A stretch of 64,000 nucleotides of DNA from an uncultured bacterium (GCA_965603125.1 CBFDBU010000005.1:17359-81358); one strand, 5' to 3'. Shown: positions 8,648 through 18,994, numbered from the stretch's first letter. Made by a program: numbers and translations. Notes: a model not told the origin generated them from the sequence alone.

Positions 8648-9946
8648 ATGACTTCCGACGATTCCATACTGGTGGTTGGCGCCGGCTTTGTCGGTCTGGC
8701 GACAGCCGCCTTTCTTGCCGACGGGGGCCGCAGAGTTACCGTAGTCGAAAAGAACCCGCTTACCGTCGAGTCTCTCAGGCAGGGGAGACTCCACTTCCAC
8801 GAGCCGACCCTTGGCCGCATGGTCGGAAAAACCCTGAAATCCGGGCGGCTGGAGATCACCGTGCCGTCCAAGGAGAGCTATCAGCGTTCCTCGATGATCT
8901 TTGTAGCTATCGACTCAGCAGATCAGACTACTTGGAAGATGAAACTGGCCGCGTTCGAGAGGATGGCTCAGCGGATCGGTGGCGTCAGGAGAAAAAGGGC
9001 GGCCGTTGTGGTGCTCAAGTCCACCAACGTCCTCGGTTTTGCGGGATTGTTTCGCGAGTTGCTTGACGCCGCCCCGCACGGGTCGTCGGTACGACTGGCC
9101 GTCAACCCGGAGTTCCTGCGCGAGGGATTTGCTTACGAAGATACGGCGAAACCGTGGCGGGTCATTATCGGAACCCGGGATGCTCACACGCGCACGCGCA
9201 TGGTCAGGTTTTTCCGGTCGGTCTATGGATCGACTATCCCGCTTGTTACCACCGACTGGAAGTCAGCGGAACTGATCAAGCTCTCGTCGAATCTCTATCT
9301 TTCGCACCGGCTGGCGTTCATAAACGAAGTTGCGGAGTACGCCCGGCGGGAGGAACTGGACATCGATGCCGTCAGGCGGGGGATAGGCCTTGATCCGCGC
9401 ATCGGTCAGCACTATTTCGAGCCCGGCCTGGGTTTTGGCGGGTCGTGTCTGCCCAAGGACTGCCACCTGATAAACTCGCGTGAGCTTGGCGGGGAGTTCT
9501 CGTTCCTGACGGCCCAAACGGCGCTGGCCGTCAACAGCCGCATTCTGGACGGCGTTGTCGACGCCCTGCAGTTACAGTTGGGTAAGCTCAAAGGACGAAA
9601 GATAGCCCTGCTGGGTGCGGCCTTCAAACCGGAAACGGACGATACGCGCGGCTCCCAGGCAGTGGAACTGGCTCTTAAGCTGAAACGACGCGGCGCTCGA
9701 ATTGCAATCCATGAACCGTTTCTGAAATCGGCAGAGTGCATCTTAGTGGGCAATCTCCCGCTTGAGCACAACCTTGAGGCGGCTGTGAGCAACGCTTCAG
9801 CAATTGTAATCGGCACCGCCCACCGCCGGTTTCGATTGCTCAAGCCGCAGTCCATAGCACCGCTGGTCAGGAAGCGTCTGGTTGTCGACCGCCCGGCAGC
9901 GTTGGCTCGTCGACGATGGGAGAAACATGGTTTCCAGTTCATCTGA
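8648..9946 (+). CDS. UDP-glucose/GDP-mannose dehydrogenase family protein
   Basis: Rossmann motif VVGAGFVGLATA and catalytic-Cys motif GFGGSCLPKD. 432 aa. Confidence 0.85.
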   Translation: MTSDDSILVVGAGFVGLATAAFLADGGRRVTVVEKNPLTVESLRQGRLHFHEPTLGRMVGKTLKSGRLEITVPSKESYQRSSMIFVAIDSADQTTWKMKLAAFERMAQRIGGVRRKRAAVVVLKSTNVLGFAGLFRELLDAAPHGSSVRLAVNPEFLREGFAYEDTAKPWRVIIGTRDAHTRTRMVRFFRSVYGSTIPLVTTDWKSAELIKLSSNLYLSHRLAFINEVAEYARREELDIDAVRRGIGLDPRIGQHYFEPGLGFGGSCLPKDCHLINSRELGGEFSFLTAQTALAVNSRILDGVVDALQLQLGKLKGRKIALLGAAFKPETDDTRGSQAVELALKLKRRGARIAIHEPFLKSAECILVGNLPLEHNLEAAVSNASAIVIGTAHRRFRLLKPQSIAPLVRKRLVVDRPAALARRRWEKHGFQFI

Positions 9947-9989
9947 CGGGGGCCGCAGTTGCACCTGATGGCGAGGTAGAGCGAACTTT

Positions 9990-10964
9990 ATGATAAAAAC
10001 AATCCTCGTCACCGGTTCATCGGGAACCGTCGGCACGGCGCTGACCCAGGCGCTGATGAGGCGGGGCTATCGTGTTATCCCCCTTGATGTCAGGCATTCA
10101 TACTGGGATGCGAGGATCGAGCGCAAGACCATCTTCCATGATCTGCGCCGGCCGCTTGACAAACTTCGGCTGCGCCCGCGGCCGGACCTGATCGTCCACC
10201 TGGCGGCCAACGCGCGCGTGCACGACCTGGTCGTCAAGCCGGGGCTGGCGCTCGACAACTACGTCATGACGCACAATGTTCTTGAGTACGCCCGTCACAA
10301 CGGAATCGGCCGCCTGCTTTTCTCATCGTCCCGTGAGGTCTACGGGGAATCGAAACCAGGCCTCCCACGTCGGGAAGACTCAACAGACATCACCGGCATC
10401 AAAGCGCCGTACACCGCCTCGAAATACGCCGCCGAGGCCCTGATCCACGCCTGCCATGAATGCTATGGCATAAAGCCGGTGATCGCGCGACTGTCCAATG
10501 TCTATGGGCGGTACGATGTCTCGGAGCGCGTGATCCCGGTGTTTCTCTACTACGCCTTGCGGGATCGCACGCTGACCGTCTTCGGCCGCGAGAAGAAACT
10601 CGACTTCACCTACATTGACGACTGCACCGCCGGCCTGATGGCGATTGTAGAGAGATTTGACAAGGTCGCCGGAATGACGTTCAACATCTCCGCCGGAAAA
10701 GGGGAGAGGCTTCTCGATCTGGCGCGCATGATCGCCGACGTTGTCGGTTCTTCTTCGAAGATTTCATCCTCGTCAAAGCGGACTGGGGAGATATCGTCGT
10801 ATGTCGGCGATATCTCTTTGGCGACGCGACACTTGGCATACAAACCGCAAGTATCACTTGAGGACGGCCTGATCGAGAACATCGGCTGGTATGTGCAGGC
10901 TATGAAAGAGCGCCGTGTGTACGAGAGCCAGCGCCGCAACCTGGCCAGAAGGGGCTGGCTGTAG
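9990..10964 (+). CDS. NAD-dependent epimerase/dehydratase (extended SDR)
   Basis: VTGSSGTVG (GxxGxxG) and YTASKYAAE (YxxxK). Confidence 0.85.
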   Translation: MIKTILVTGSSGTVGTALTQALMRRGYRVIPLDVRHSYWDARIERKTIFHDLRRPLDKLRLRPRPDLIVHLAANARVHDLVVKPGLALDNYVMTHNVLEYARHNGIGRLLFSSSREVYGESKPGLPRREDSTDITGIKAPYTASKYAAEALIHACHECYGIKPVIARLSNVYGRYDVSERVIPVFLYYALRDRTLTVFGREKKLDFTYIDDCTAGLMAIVERFDKVAGMTFNISAGKGERLLDLARMIADVVGSSSKISSSSKRTGEISSYVGDISLATRHLAYKPQVSLEDGLIENIGWYVQAMKERRVYESQRRNLARRGWL

Positions 10965-10983
10965 CACGGGTCAAGTCGGCTAA

Positions 10984-11047
10984 GTAAGTCAGGAGCCCCG
11001 CGCTCCCGACAGCGATTGTCGAAATCACATGGATTTCGACCTACCAT
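10984..11047. repeat. REPIN-like palindrome, decayed copy (GTAA head)
   Basis: GTAAGTCAGGAGCCCCGCGCTCCCGAC-agcgatt-GTCGAAATCACATGGATTTCGACCTACcat, 20 nt after the epimerase stop. Confidence 0.75.
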
Positions 11048-11078
11048 GCTGCCACATTTAGTGTAGGAGGAAACCAGC

Positions 11079-11600
11079 ATGAATCCATCACGAAGCGTTG
11101 ATCGCGCTTTGACTCTGCTCAAATCTGAAAAAGATGATGAGTACTTTCTACTCAAGCTCTTACCACAGCCAGCTTCCTGTTGCTGTTCTGATTGTTGGCC
11201 CAATACGTGGCGAGAGATCAACAGGACCATTGCGCCAGCACAACCAGTGCCTCACGAAGGAGACAGCCTCATTACGGTTGGTGCCGTGCCTCTGGTTATC
11301 GAATCACACGAAAGTGGCCCCGAGATCATACTTCTCTTGACTCAGTGGTGTAGCCAAATAGCCTCTTTGCTTAAGCCGATCTCCGAGATTGTGTCTACTT
11401 TCGCAAAATCACTGAGCAGAGAAAGACCCAAGGGATTGGCGAGGATTCGAATTGAATCCTATCGCGTTAGTCAAGGTCAAGCTACTCATATTGCGAAGTT
11501 GGATGTGGATTTCCCCTTAGACAAGCGGACAGTCGACACCATCAATTCAACAATACAGGATATGTTGACCAAGAATACCGAAGGGGGTAATCAACATTGA
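11079..11600 (+). CDS. hypothetical protein (orphan, low GC)
   Basis: 173-aa ORF. Sample rows count to about 40-45% GC against about 57% in the flanks. No motif recognised. Bracketed by two same-type REPIN copies. Confidence 0.5.
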   Translation: MNPSRSVDRALTLLKSEKDDEYFLLKLLPQPASCCCSDCWPNTWREINRTIAPAQPVPHEGDSLITVGAVPLVIESHESGPEIILLLTQWCSQIASLLKPISEIVSTFAKSLSRERPKGLARIRIESYRVSQGQATHIAKLDVDFPLDKRTVDTINSTIQDMLTKNTEGGNQH

Positions 11601-11769
11601 CCAGCCTTGGTACGTGCCCTTATAGCGCGTTCGCCTCGAGGCAGGTTTTCGGTGCAATTAGTTCCCAATTCCTTCCTTTTACACTTCCTTCCCTTACGGT
11701 GAAATCGCAATAGGAATTCCTCTACAAACCGACAGGCGACCTGCCGGTTGGAGCAAAAAGAAGCAGCCC

Positions 11770-11833
11770 GTAGGTCAGGAGCCCTGCGCTCCTGACAGCG
11801 ATTGTCGAAACCACAGGGGTTTCGACCTACCAT
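11770..11833. repeat. REPIN-like palindrome
   Basis: GTAGGTCAGGAGCCCTGCGCTCCTGAC-agcgatt-GTCGAAACCACAGGGGTTTCGACCTACcat. Same linker as the copy at 10984. Confidence 0.8.
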
Positions 11834-11863
11834 ACTGAAGGACATATTGAACTGAGTGGCCGC

Positions 11864-12556
11864 TCAACGCGAGAACAGATTGTACTTGAGAATACACCAG
11901 ACCGCCTTCACACCGTCTCTCCAGCCGATTTTCTTGCCTTCTTCGTAGGTCCGACCGTAATAGCTTATCCCGATCTCGTAGATACGCACCCGCTTGCGGG
12001 CGATTTTGGCCGTTATTTCAGGTTCGAATCCGAAGCGCTTCTCTTTGATATCGATCGACTGGATAACCTCCCGCCGGAAGACTTTGTAGCAGGTCTCCAT
12101 GTCAGTGAGATTGATGTTGGTGAGCATATTGGACAAGAGGGTCAGCAGACGGTTGCCGACGTAGTGCCAGAAATAGACTACTCGATGAGGGCCGGCGCCC
12201 ACGAAGCGGGAACCGAACACGACATCGGCCATGTCGTTGACTATCGGATCGATCAGAATCGGGTATTGGCGGGGGTCGTATTCCAGATCGGCGTCCTGGA
12301 TCAGGACAATATCACCGGTAGCATGCTCAAAGCCGGTCTTCAAAGCGAATCCCTTGCCGTAGTTTTTGGGTTGGTAGATGACACGGTCAACGTGACTTTC
12401 GAGCCGCTCCCTGATAAGCTCGCGCGTGCCGTCGGTAGAGCAATCGTCGATCAGGATGATCTGCTTATCGGGGATTGGTGAGGCATTGACGCGAGAGAGG
12501 AGAGCTTCAATAGTGGAGACCTCATTATATACCGGGATGACGACGGAGAGCTTCAT
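11864..12556 (-). CDS. family 2 glycosyltransferase (polyprenol-phosphate sugar transferase-like)
   Basis: [16 protein letters not shown] and DADLEYDP (DxD) motifs. 230 aa. Confidence 0.85.
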   Translation of the reverse strand: MKLSVVIPVYNEVSTIEALLSRVNASPIPDKQIILIDDCSTDGTRELIRERLESHVDRVIYQPKNYGKGFALKTGFEHATGDIVLIQDADLEYDPRQYPILIDPIVNDMADVVFGSRFVGAGPHRVVYFWHYVGNRLLTLLSNMLTNINLTDMETCYKVFRREVIQSIDIKEKRFGFEPEITAKIARKRVRIYEIGISYYGRTYEEGKKIGWRDGVKAVWCILKYNLFSR

Positions 12557-12708
12557 AGAGAACCACGCAAACGTCCCATAAGATATATTATGTTAACCCA
12601 CCGCTCCCCAACCACCACGCTGCCGTCACCAACGTCACCACAATCCAAACGCACCCTGCTCAAATCACCCAAAACATGTCTATTGCTTGGCAACCAACCT
12701 GACACAGC

Positions 12709-15207
12709 TTACCCCTTTACCACGATGTTCAGAATGCGGCCCCTGACGAATATCTTACGCACAATCTCCTTACCTTCAGTGTGCGCCTTGATCTTGTCGC
12801 TGCCGAACGCAGCCTCCTCAACAGCCTCCTGATTCGCATCTGCGGGCACTATCACCGAATCTCTCAGCCTTCCGTTGACCTGTACCGCAACCTCGATTGT
12901 GTCACCGATGATTGCCTGCACGTCATATTCAGGCCATTGCGATTTGAACACGGACCCGGAGCAACCCGCACTTTCCCACAATTCTTCGGCCAGATGAGGC
13001 GCTAACGGCGCCATCATTTGAATTATCCTGAGAATGACAACGTCATTGAGCTTATCGTTAGCGATCTTCTCCGGTTGGAAGTCGCGCACCAGTTCCATCA
13101 AGGCGGCGATCACCGTGTTGAATTGCAGCCGGTCGATATCTTCGCTAGCCTTCTTGATCGTCCGGTTCAGCTTGACGTACAGCTCGCGTTCGCCTGTCGA
13201 CAACTGCGCCTGGTTAAAGTGTTGCTTTAAGTCCGAGTGGGTACCGCGGTAGTGGTTTACAATCGGACACAAGCGGTTTATCACGAACTTCTCAACACCG
13301 GTAACGGTGGTCTCGCTCCAGAGCACTTCACGTTCCGTCGGAGCGGTGAAGAACATGGCCAGGCGCGCGACATCGTTACCGTGACGCTCCATCAGCAGCT
13401 CCGGTGACACGACGTTGCCTTTGGACTTGGACATCACCGCGCCGTTTTCATCCATAACCATGCCGAGACAGAAGAGTCTCTCTGCAGGCTCATCGCCGCT
13501 GACCCACCCAATATCACGCAGGAACTTGTGAAAAAAGCGGTAATAGATCAGATGCCCGGTCGCGTGAGTAATGCCGCCCACATACAGATCAATCGGTAGC
13601 CAGGCGTTAGCTTTCTCGCGCGCGAACGGTTCGCTGTCATTACGGGCGTCGACGTAGCGCAGGTAATACCAGGACGAGCAGACGTATGTATCCATCGTAT
13701 CCGGATCGCGCTCTGCCTCTCCCCCGCATTCCGGGCACTGGACGCTCACGTACTCGGGGATGTCGGCCAGTGGTGAGCGGCCTTTCGGCATGAAGTTCTC
13801 GACGTTCGGCAGCAGTACCGGCAGATCCGACTCCGGCACCGTCACTTCGCCGCATTTCTCACAGTGGATAATGGGAATGGGGCAACCCCAGTACCGCTGG
13901 CGCGAGATGAGCCAGTCCTTGAGCCTGTAATTCACTTTGCTGCGCCCAAATCCCTTTTCCTCGGCGTAGGCCGTGACTGCCTTGAGAGCATCTTTGTCCG
14001 CCAGGCCGTCAAACCGGCCGGAGTTGACCATCGGGCCGTATTCGACAAAAGCATCATCCATTTGAGCGGCGTCTAATGATGTGTCGGCGTCGGGATGGAT
14101 TACGATCCTGATCGGGATGCCATACTTGCGAGCAAAGGCGAAATCGCGGCTGTCGTGTGCGGGTACGGCCATGACCGCGCCGGTGCCGTATCCTGCCAGA
14201 ACGTAGTCGGCCACCCACAATTGGACGCGCTCGCCGTTGAAGGGATTTATGGCGTACTTGCCGGTGAAAACGCCGTCCTTTTCCTCGGTGACGGACGCTC
14301 GTTCGATTTCCGTGCGGCGCAGGGCTTTCTCCCGGTAGGCAGCCACCCGCTCGGCGAACTCACCCGTCAGGCCGAGTCTGTCCAGCAGTTCCGCCTCGGG
14401 AGCCACAGCCATGTAGGTCACCCCATAGATAGTGTCAGGACGTGTCGTGAAGACCGGCAGCTTCTCGCCGGAATCCTCGATATTGAAATCAACCTCGGTT
14501 CCGTATGAGCGCCCGATCCATTCGCGCTGCATGGTTCTGACGTTGTCGGGCCAGTGCGGCAGTCTGTCCAGGTCATCGAGCAACTGGTCGGCGTACTCAG
14601 TGATCTTGAAATACCACTGTATCTGGTTCTTCTTCTCGACGACGGTGCCACACCGTTCGCAGCGACCGTCCTTGACCTGTTCGTTGGCTAGTACCGTTCG
14701 GTCTTCCGGGCACCAGTTGACGAATCCCTTCTTGCGGTAGGCCAGGCCTTTCTTGAACAACTGGATGAACATCCACTGGGTCCACTTGTAGTAGTCGGGT
14801 TCGCTGGAAGTGACTTCCCGCGACCAGTCATAGGAGATGCCGGCCTTTTGCAGGGTGGTGCGCGACACCGCGATATTTTGAGCAGTCCATACCTGTGGAT
14901 GGATTCCGCGCTGTATCGCGGCTCGCTCGGCGGGCAGCCCAAACGAATCCCAGCCGAACGGATGCAGAACGTCCCTGCCGAGCATCATCTGGTAGCGCGC
15001 GACAGCGTCGCCTATTATGTAGTTGCGGAAATGGCCCATGTGGATGTCACCCGAAGGATAGAGAAACATCACCAGCATGTAGAACTTGTTGGCGGGGTCC
15101 GCCGTTTCGGGCGCGGCATACAGGTTCTCATCAGCCCAGCGCTGTTGCCATTTGCTTTCGATCCGACGGAAGTCGTATTTCCGTTTTGCCGTCTCGGATG
15201 TTGCCAT
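12709..15207 (-). CDS. leuS: leucine--tRNA ligase
   Basis: 832 aa. HIGH-type motif (HMGH), KMSKS-type motif (VMSKSKGN), bacterial LeuRS layout. Confidence 0.97.
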   Translation of the reverse strand: MATSETAKRKYDFRRIESKWQQRWADENLYAAPETADPANKFYMLVMFLYPSGDIHMGHFRNYIIGDAVARYQMMLGRDVLHPFGWDSFGLPAERAAIQRGIHPQVWTAQNIAVSRTTLQKAGISYDWSREVTSSEPDYYKWTQWMFIQLFKKGLAYRKKGFVNWCPEDRTVLANEQVKDGRCERCGTVVEKKNQIQWYFKITEYADQLLDDLDRLPHWPDNVRTMQREWIGRSYGTEVDFNIEDSGEKLPVFTTRPDTIYGVTYMAVAPEAELLDRLGLTGEFAERVAAYREKALRRTEIERASVTEEKDGVFTGKYAINPFNGERVQLWVADYVLAGYGTGAVMAVPAHDSRDFAFARKYGIPIRIVIHPDADTSLDAAQMDDAFVEYGPMVNSGRFDGLADKDALKAVTAYAEEKGFGRSKVNYRLKDWLISRQRYWGCPIPIIHCEKCGEVTVPESDLPVLLPNVENFMPKGRSPLADIPEYVSVQCPECGGEAERDPDTMDTYVCSSWYYLRYVDARNDSEPFAREKANAWLPIDLYVGGITHATGHLIYYRFFHKFLRDIGWVSGDEPAERLFCLGMVMDENGAVMSKSKGNVVSPELLMERHGNDVARLAMFFTAPTEREVLWSETTVTGVEKFVINRLCPIVNHYRGTHSDLKQHFNQAQLSTGERELYVKLNRTIKKASEDIDRLQFNTVIAALMELVRDFQPEKIANDKLNDVVILRIIQMMAPLAPHLAEELWESAGCSGSVFKSQWPEYDVQAIIGDTIEVAVQVNGRLRDSVIVPADANQEAVEEAAFGSDKIKAHTEGKEIVRKIFVRGRILNIVVKG

Positions 15208-15300
15208 GTTGATATCCGCAGCAGTTTCAGTTAATAGTCGGCAAAATTAGCATAATTGAAAAGCCGCCGCAAGGCATTTCCCGGGCTTGACGCCCGCCTC

Positions 15301-16587
15301 TCATTTGCCTGTGGCGCTCCTGAAATCGTTTCTGGAGGCGGGGCCCAGGACGGCGACGGTCAGGTGGGAATCGTCGAAGACGCGGTTGGCCGCCTCCATC
15401 AGCCGGGACGGAGTGACGGTGTCGATCTCACGCATGGTCTGTTCCAGCGAGGTGTATTTGCCCGTTAGGAGTTCAAGGCGGGCCAGCCGGTTCATACGCG
15501 AGGCTGTGAACTCCATGCTCAGCATCAGTTGGCCCTTGAGTTGCTGCTTGATCTGGTCCAGCCGCGTCGCAGAGACGCGCCGCCGTTTGACCCGACCGAC
15601 CTCCCCGAGAACAATGTCAAAGGCCTCGCGCACTCGACGCTTGTCGGTGGCCAGGTAGACGCCGAAAACACCGGCGTCACGGTATGTCTCGTGGTAACTA
15701 TAGACAGAATAGGCCAGGCCCCGGGCTTCCCGTACCTTCTGAAACAGCGTCGATGACATCCCGCCGCCGAGGTAGGTGTTGAGCGCCATAAGGTCCATTC
15801 TCCACCGCGAGGCATAGCGCAGACCGGGATAGCCTAAGCAGAGATGAGTCTGGCCGTTTTCAGAAGGCACCAGGTTCAGCTTGAATCCGGTGCCGTGCGA
15901 CGCCTTCGGGGCAGTCTCGGCCCGGCCAGTAGCGTACTCGAACTTCCGACTAGCCAGTTTCACCAACCGGTCATGTGACACCGAGCCGGCGGCGGCAATG
16001 ACAATTGATCCCGAGCGGTAGTTGCGCCTGATATAATCCAGTATCTTCGCCCGCGGCATACGGGAGAGGTTCTGAGCAGTGCCCATGATCGGGCGGCCCA
16101 GCGGGTGATCGGTCCAGAACGTCCCGGCAAAAATGTCATGGATGTGGTCGGACGGATTCTCGAGCGATTCCCTGATTTCCTCGATTATGACCGACTTCTC
16201 ACGCTTGAGATTGGTCGGTGTCAGCGTAGCATGACAGGTGAGATCCGACAGCACGTCGACTGCCGTATCCAGGTGATCGTCAAGAACCCTGGCGGTGTAA
16301 CAGGTCTGCTCGCGGGAGGTAAAGGCGTTCAGCCCGCCTCCGAGCGACTCCAGCGACAAGGCGATCTGCCTGGCCGTTCGTTTCCGGGTGCCTTTGAAGA
16401 CCATGTGTTCAACCAGGTGACTGACGCCGCTTTCGGACGTGCTTTCGTGGCGCGATCCCACGTCTATCCAGACACCCAACGAAAGGGAACGGACCGCGGG
16501 GGTTTTCTCGGTCACTACCCTCAGTCCATTCCTCAGCGTGGTTTTGTGGTAGATGGCTTTCTGGGATGCCATCCTGTATTTCGTCAC
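15301..16587 (-). CDS. M16 family zinc peptidase (insulinase-like)
   Basis: HxxEH motif HLVEHMVFKG. Sits directly downstream of pnp, as in many bacteria. Confidence 0.85.
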   Translation of the reverse strand: MTKYRMASQKAIYHKTTLRNGLRVVTEKTPAVRSLSLGVWIDVGSRHESTSESGVSHLVEHMVFKGTRKRTARQIALSLESLGGGLNAFTSREQTCYTARVLDDHLDTAVDVLSDLTCHATLTPTNLKREKSVIIEEIRESLENPSDHIHDIFAGTFWTDHPLGRPIMGTAQNLSRMPRAKILDYIRRNYRSGSIVIAAAGSVSHDRLVKLASRKFEYATGRAETAPKASHGTGFKLNLVPSENGQTHLCLGYPGLRYASRWRMDLMALNTYLGGGMSSTLFQKVREARGLAYSVYSYHETYRDAGVFGVYLATDKRRVREAFDIVLGEVGRVKRRRVSATRLDQIKQQLKGQLMLSMEFTASRMNRLARLELLTGKYTSLEQTMREIDTVTPSRLMEAANRVFDDSHLTVAVLGPASRNDFRSATGK

Positions 16588-16590
16588 GGG

Positions 16591-18705
16591 CTATCGGGGT
16601 CTTTCTGCATGGCGGCTGCCGGCGCCGCCGTTGTCGAGAATGGCCTTGCGGGATAAACGGACCTTGCCCTCCGGGTCGATACTGAGAACCTTGACGTCAA
16701 CTTTGTCACCGACGTTCAGAACGTCCTCCACCCGCCTCACGCGGGTGTGGTCGAGTTCCGATATGTGGATCAGGCCGTCGGTGCCGGGGATAATCTCCAC
16801 AAAAGCGCCGAACGTCGTCACCCGCCGGACGACACCGGTGTAGACCTTGCCGATTTCAGGCTCTTCTACGAGTTCCTGGACGCGCGCCAGGGCTCGGCGA
16901 CCGGCGTCGCCGTCAACGGATGCAATCAGCACCGTGCCGTCGTCGTCGATGTCGATCTTGGCGCCGGTTTCCTCAACAATGGCCCGGATGATTTTGCCAC
17001 CGGGACCGATAACGTCGCCGATCTTCGACGGCGGGATCTTAATGGTGATGATCCGGGGAGCGAACTCGGAAAGCTGGTCGCGATGTTTGGGCATGGCGGC
17101 ATTCATTTTCTCCAGGATCTTCAGTCGCGCGATGCGGGCCTTGTCGAGAGCCTGACGCATGGTCTCAACGTCAAGCCCGGCGATCTTGATGTCCATCTGG
17201 ATAGCGGTGATGCCCTCAGTGGTGCCGGTGACTTTGAAATCCATGTCTCCGAAATGATCTTCGTCGCCGAGAATGTCGGTCAGGATCACTACTTTGTCGT
17301 CGCTCTTAATCAGGCCCATTGCGATACCGGCCACGGCCGACTTGATGGGAACACCGGCATCCATCAGGGCCAGAGAGCCTCCGCATACGCTCGCCATCGA
17401 CGACGAGCCGTTCGACTCCAGGATGTCGGAAACCACACGGATGGTGTACGGGAAACCTTCCTCGGCCGGAATTACCGGGAAGAGAGCCCGCTCGGCCAGC
17501 GCCCCATGTCCGGTTTCCCTCCGATTGGTGCCGCGAATCGGTTTTGTCTCGCCCGTGGAAAACGGTGGGAAATTATAGTGGAGCATGTAGCTCTTGGTCG
17601 ACTCGCCTTCCAGTTCATCCAGGCGTTGCTCGTCGATCTTGGTTCCCAGCGTAATGGCCACCAGCGCCTGCGTTTGCCCGCGAGTGAATAGGCCCGAACC
17701 GTGCGCGCGTGGCAGGAAACCCACTTCGCAGGTAATCTCGCGAATATCATCGGGGCCGCGGCCGTCAATGCGACGGTTCTCATTGAGTATCATCGCCCGC
17801 ATGACCCCGGCGTCGAGGTCGTGAACTATTGTCTTGATATCTTTCTCTTGCTCCGGAAACTCCTCGCCGAGAGCTTCCACGATTTCCCTGGTGAGGTTCT
17901 TCTTTTCGGTATGGCGCTGGTTTTTGTCGGCGATACGGTTGAACTCGTCCAGTTTTTCGCCCGCCATCTCCTTTACTTTAGTTGTCAGGGCTTCGTCGAT
18001 AATCACGGGCGTGTACTCGAAAGGCTCGCGGCCGCACATCGCCTTAAGTTCTTTGACCTTCTCCAGGATCATCTTGATATGATCGTGGCCGAACGTCAGC
18101 GCCTCGACCATGTCGGCCTCGGCAATCTCACGGCCGCCACCTTCAACCATGGTAATGGCGTCCTCGGATCCCGCCAGCGTAATGGATAACTCGCATTCGG
18201 CGATCTGGCCAATGGTCGGGTTGATAACCAATTGCCCGCCGATGCGACCCACGCGCACGCCGGAGACAGCTTTCTCTATCGGGATATCGGAGATAGCCAG
18301 AGCGGCGCCGGTTCCCACCAGGGCCAGGACATCGGTGTCATTCTCACGGTCATGAGAGATGATGAAATTGATAACCTGCGTCTCTCCCTTGAAATCATCG
18401 GGAAACAGAGGCCTGATGGGTCGATCTATGATCCTGGCGGAAACGACCTCTTTCTCGGATGGTCTCCCCTCCCTCTTGAAGAACCCGCCCGGGATCTTGC
18501 CGGCCGCGTATGCCTTCTCCCGGTATTCCACCGTCAGTGGAAAGAAATCGAAACCGATCCTCGGTTCCGTGTTGGAGCAGACGGTGGAGATGATCATCGA
18601 ATCACAATACCTGACCGTTACCGCCCCGTTGGCCTGCCTGGCCAGTTTCCCACTTTCGATAGTGAGAGTTCGTCCTCCAAGTTCAATTTCTACTTTGTGT
18701 GTCAT
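16591..18705 (-). CDS. pnp: polyribonucleotide nucleotidyltransferase (PNPase)
   Basis: Two RNase PH domains, KH and S1 at the C-terminus. The start at ATG 18705 (MTHKVEIELGGR) avoids overlap with rpsO; AAGGAG lies upstream. Confidence 0.97.
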   Translation of the reverse strand: MTHKVEIELGGRTLTIESGKLARQANGAVTVRYCDSMIISTVCSNTEPRIGFDFFPLTVEYREKAYAAGKIPGGFFKREGRPSEKEVVSARIIDRPIRPLFPDDFKGETQVINFIISHDRENDTDVLALVGTGAALAISDIPIEKAVSGVRVGRIGGQLVINPTIGQIAECELSITLAGSEDAITMVEGGGREIAEADMVEALTFGHDHIKMILEKVKELKAMCGREPFEYTPVIIDEALTTKVKEMAGEKLDEFNRIADKNQRHTEKKNLTREIVEALGEEFPEQEKDIKTIVHDLDAGVMRAMILNENRRIDGRGPDDIREITCEVGFLPRAHGSGLFTRGQTQALVAITLGTKIDEQRLDELEGESTKSYMLHYNFPPFSTGETKPIRGTNRRETGHGALAERALFPVIPAEEGFPYTIRVVSDILESNGSSSMASVCGGSLALMDAGVPIKSAVAGIAMGLIKSDDKVVILTDILGDEDHFGDMDFKVTGTTEGITAIQMDIKIAGLDVETMRQALDKARIARLKILEKMNAAMPKHRDQLSEFAPRIITIKIPPSKIGDVIGPGGKIIRAIVEETGAKIDIDDDGTVLIASVDGDAGRRALARVQELVEEPEIGKVYTGVVRRVTTFGAFVEIIPGTDGLIHISELDHTRVRRVEDVLNVGDKVDVKVLSIDPEGKVRLSRKAILDNGGAGSRHAERPR

Positions 18706-18724
18706 ATACTGATCTCGTTTCTCC

Positions 18725-18994
18725 TTATCGCCGCAGTCCGAGACTGGCAATCACCTGGCGATAGCTGTTGATGTCGGTGTTTTTCAGGTAGTCCAGCAGG
18801 CGGCGTCTTCTGCCCACCATTTTGAGAAGTCCCAGGCGTGTGTGGAAATCCTTCTTGTGCGTTTTCATGTGCTCCGTCAGGTGGTTGATGCGTTCCGTCA
18901 GCAGCCCGATCTGAACCTCGGGTGAGCCGGTATCTTTTTCGTGCAAGCGGTTCTCAGCAACAATCTCTGCTTTCCGCTCTTTTGTCGCGGTCAT
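18725..18994 (-). CDS. rpsO: 30S ribosomal protein S15
   Basis: 89 aa; [22 protein letters not shown]...LGLRR. Confidence 0.97.
   Translation of the reverse strand: MTATKERKAEIVAENRLHEKDTGSPEVQIGLLTERINHLTEHMKTHKKDFHTRLGLLKMVGRRRRLLDYLKNTDINSYRQVIASLGLRR

Noticed and set aside
10610-11230. ORFs reading through the palindromes: 10610..11230 (-), 11591..11845 (-) and 54593..54847 (+). They share the peptide GRNPCGFDNRC / GQNPCGFDIRIC.
   Set aside because: The shared peptide is simply the translation of the repeated DNA element. These ORFs overlap better-supported genes or intergenic repeats.
12590-12832. 80-aa [23 protein letters not shown]...
   Set aside because: It is a composition artefact of the C/A-rich spacer, it runs into the 3' end of leuS on the opposite strand, and it has no RBS.
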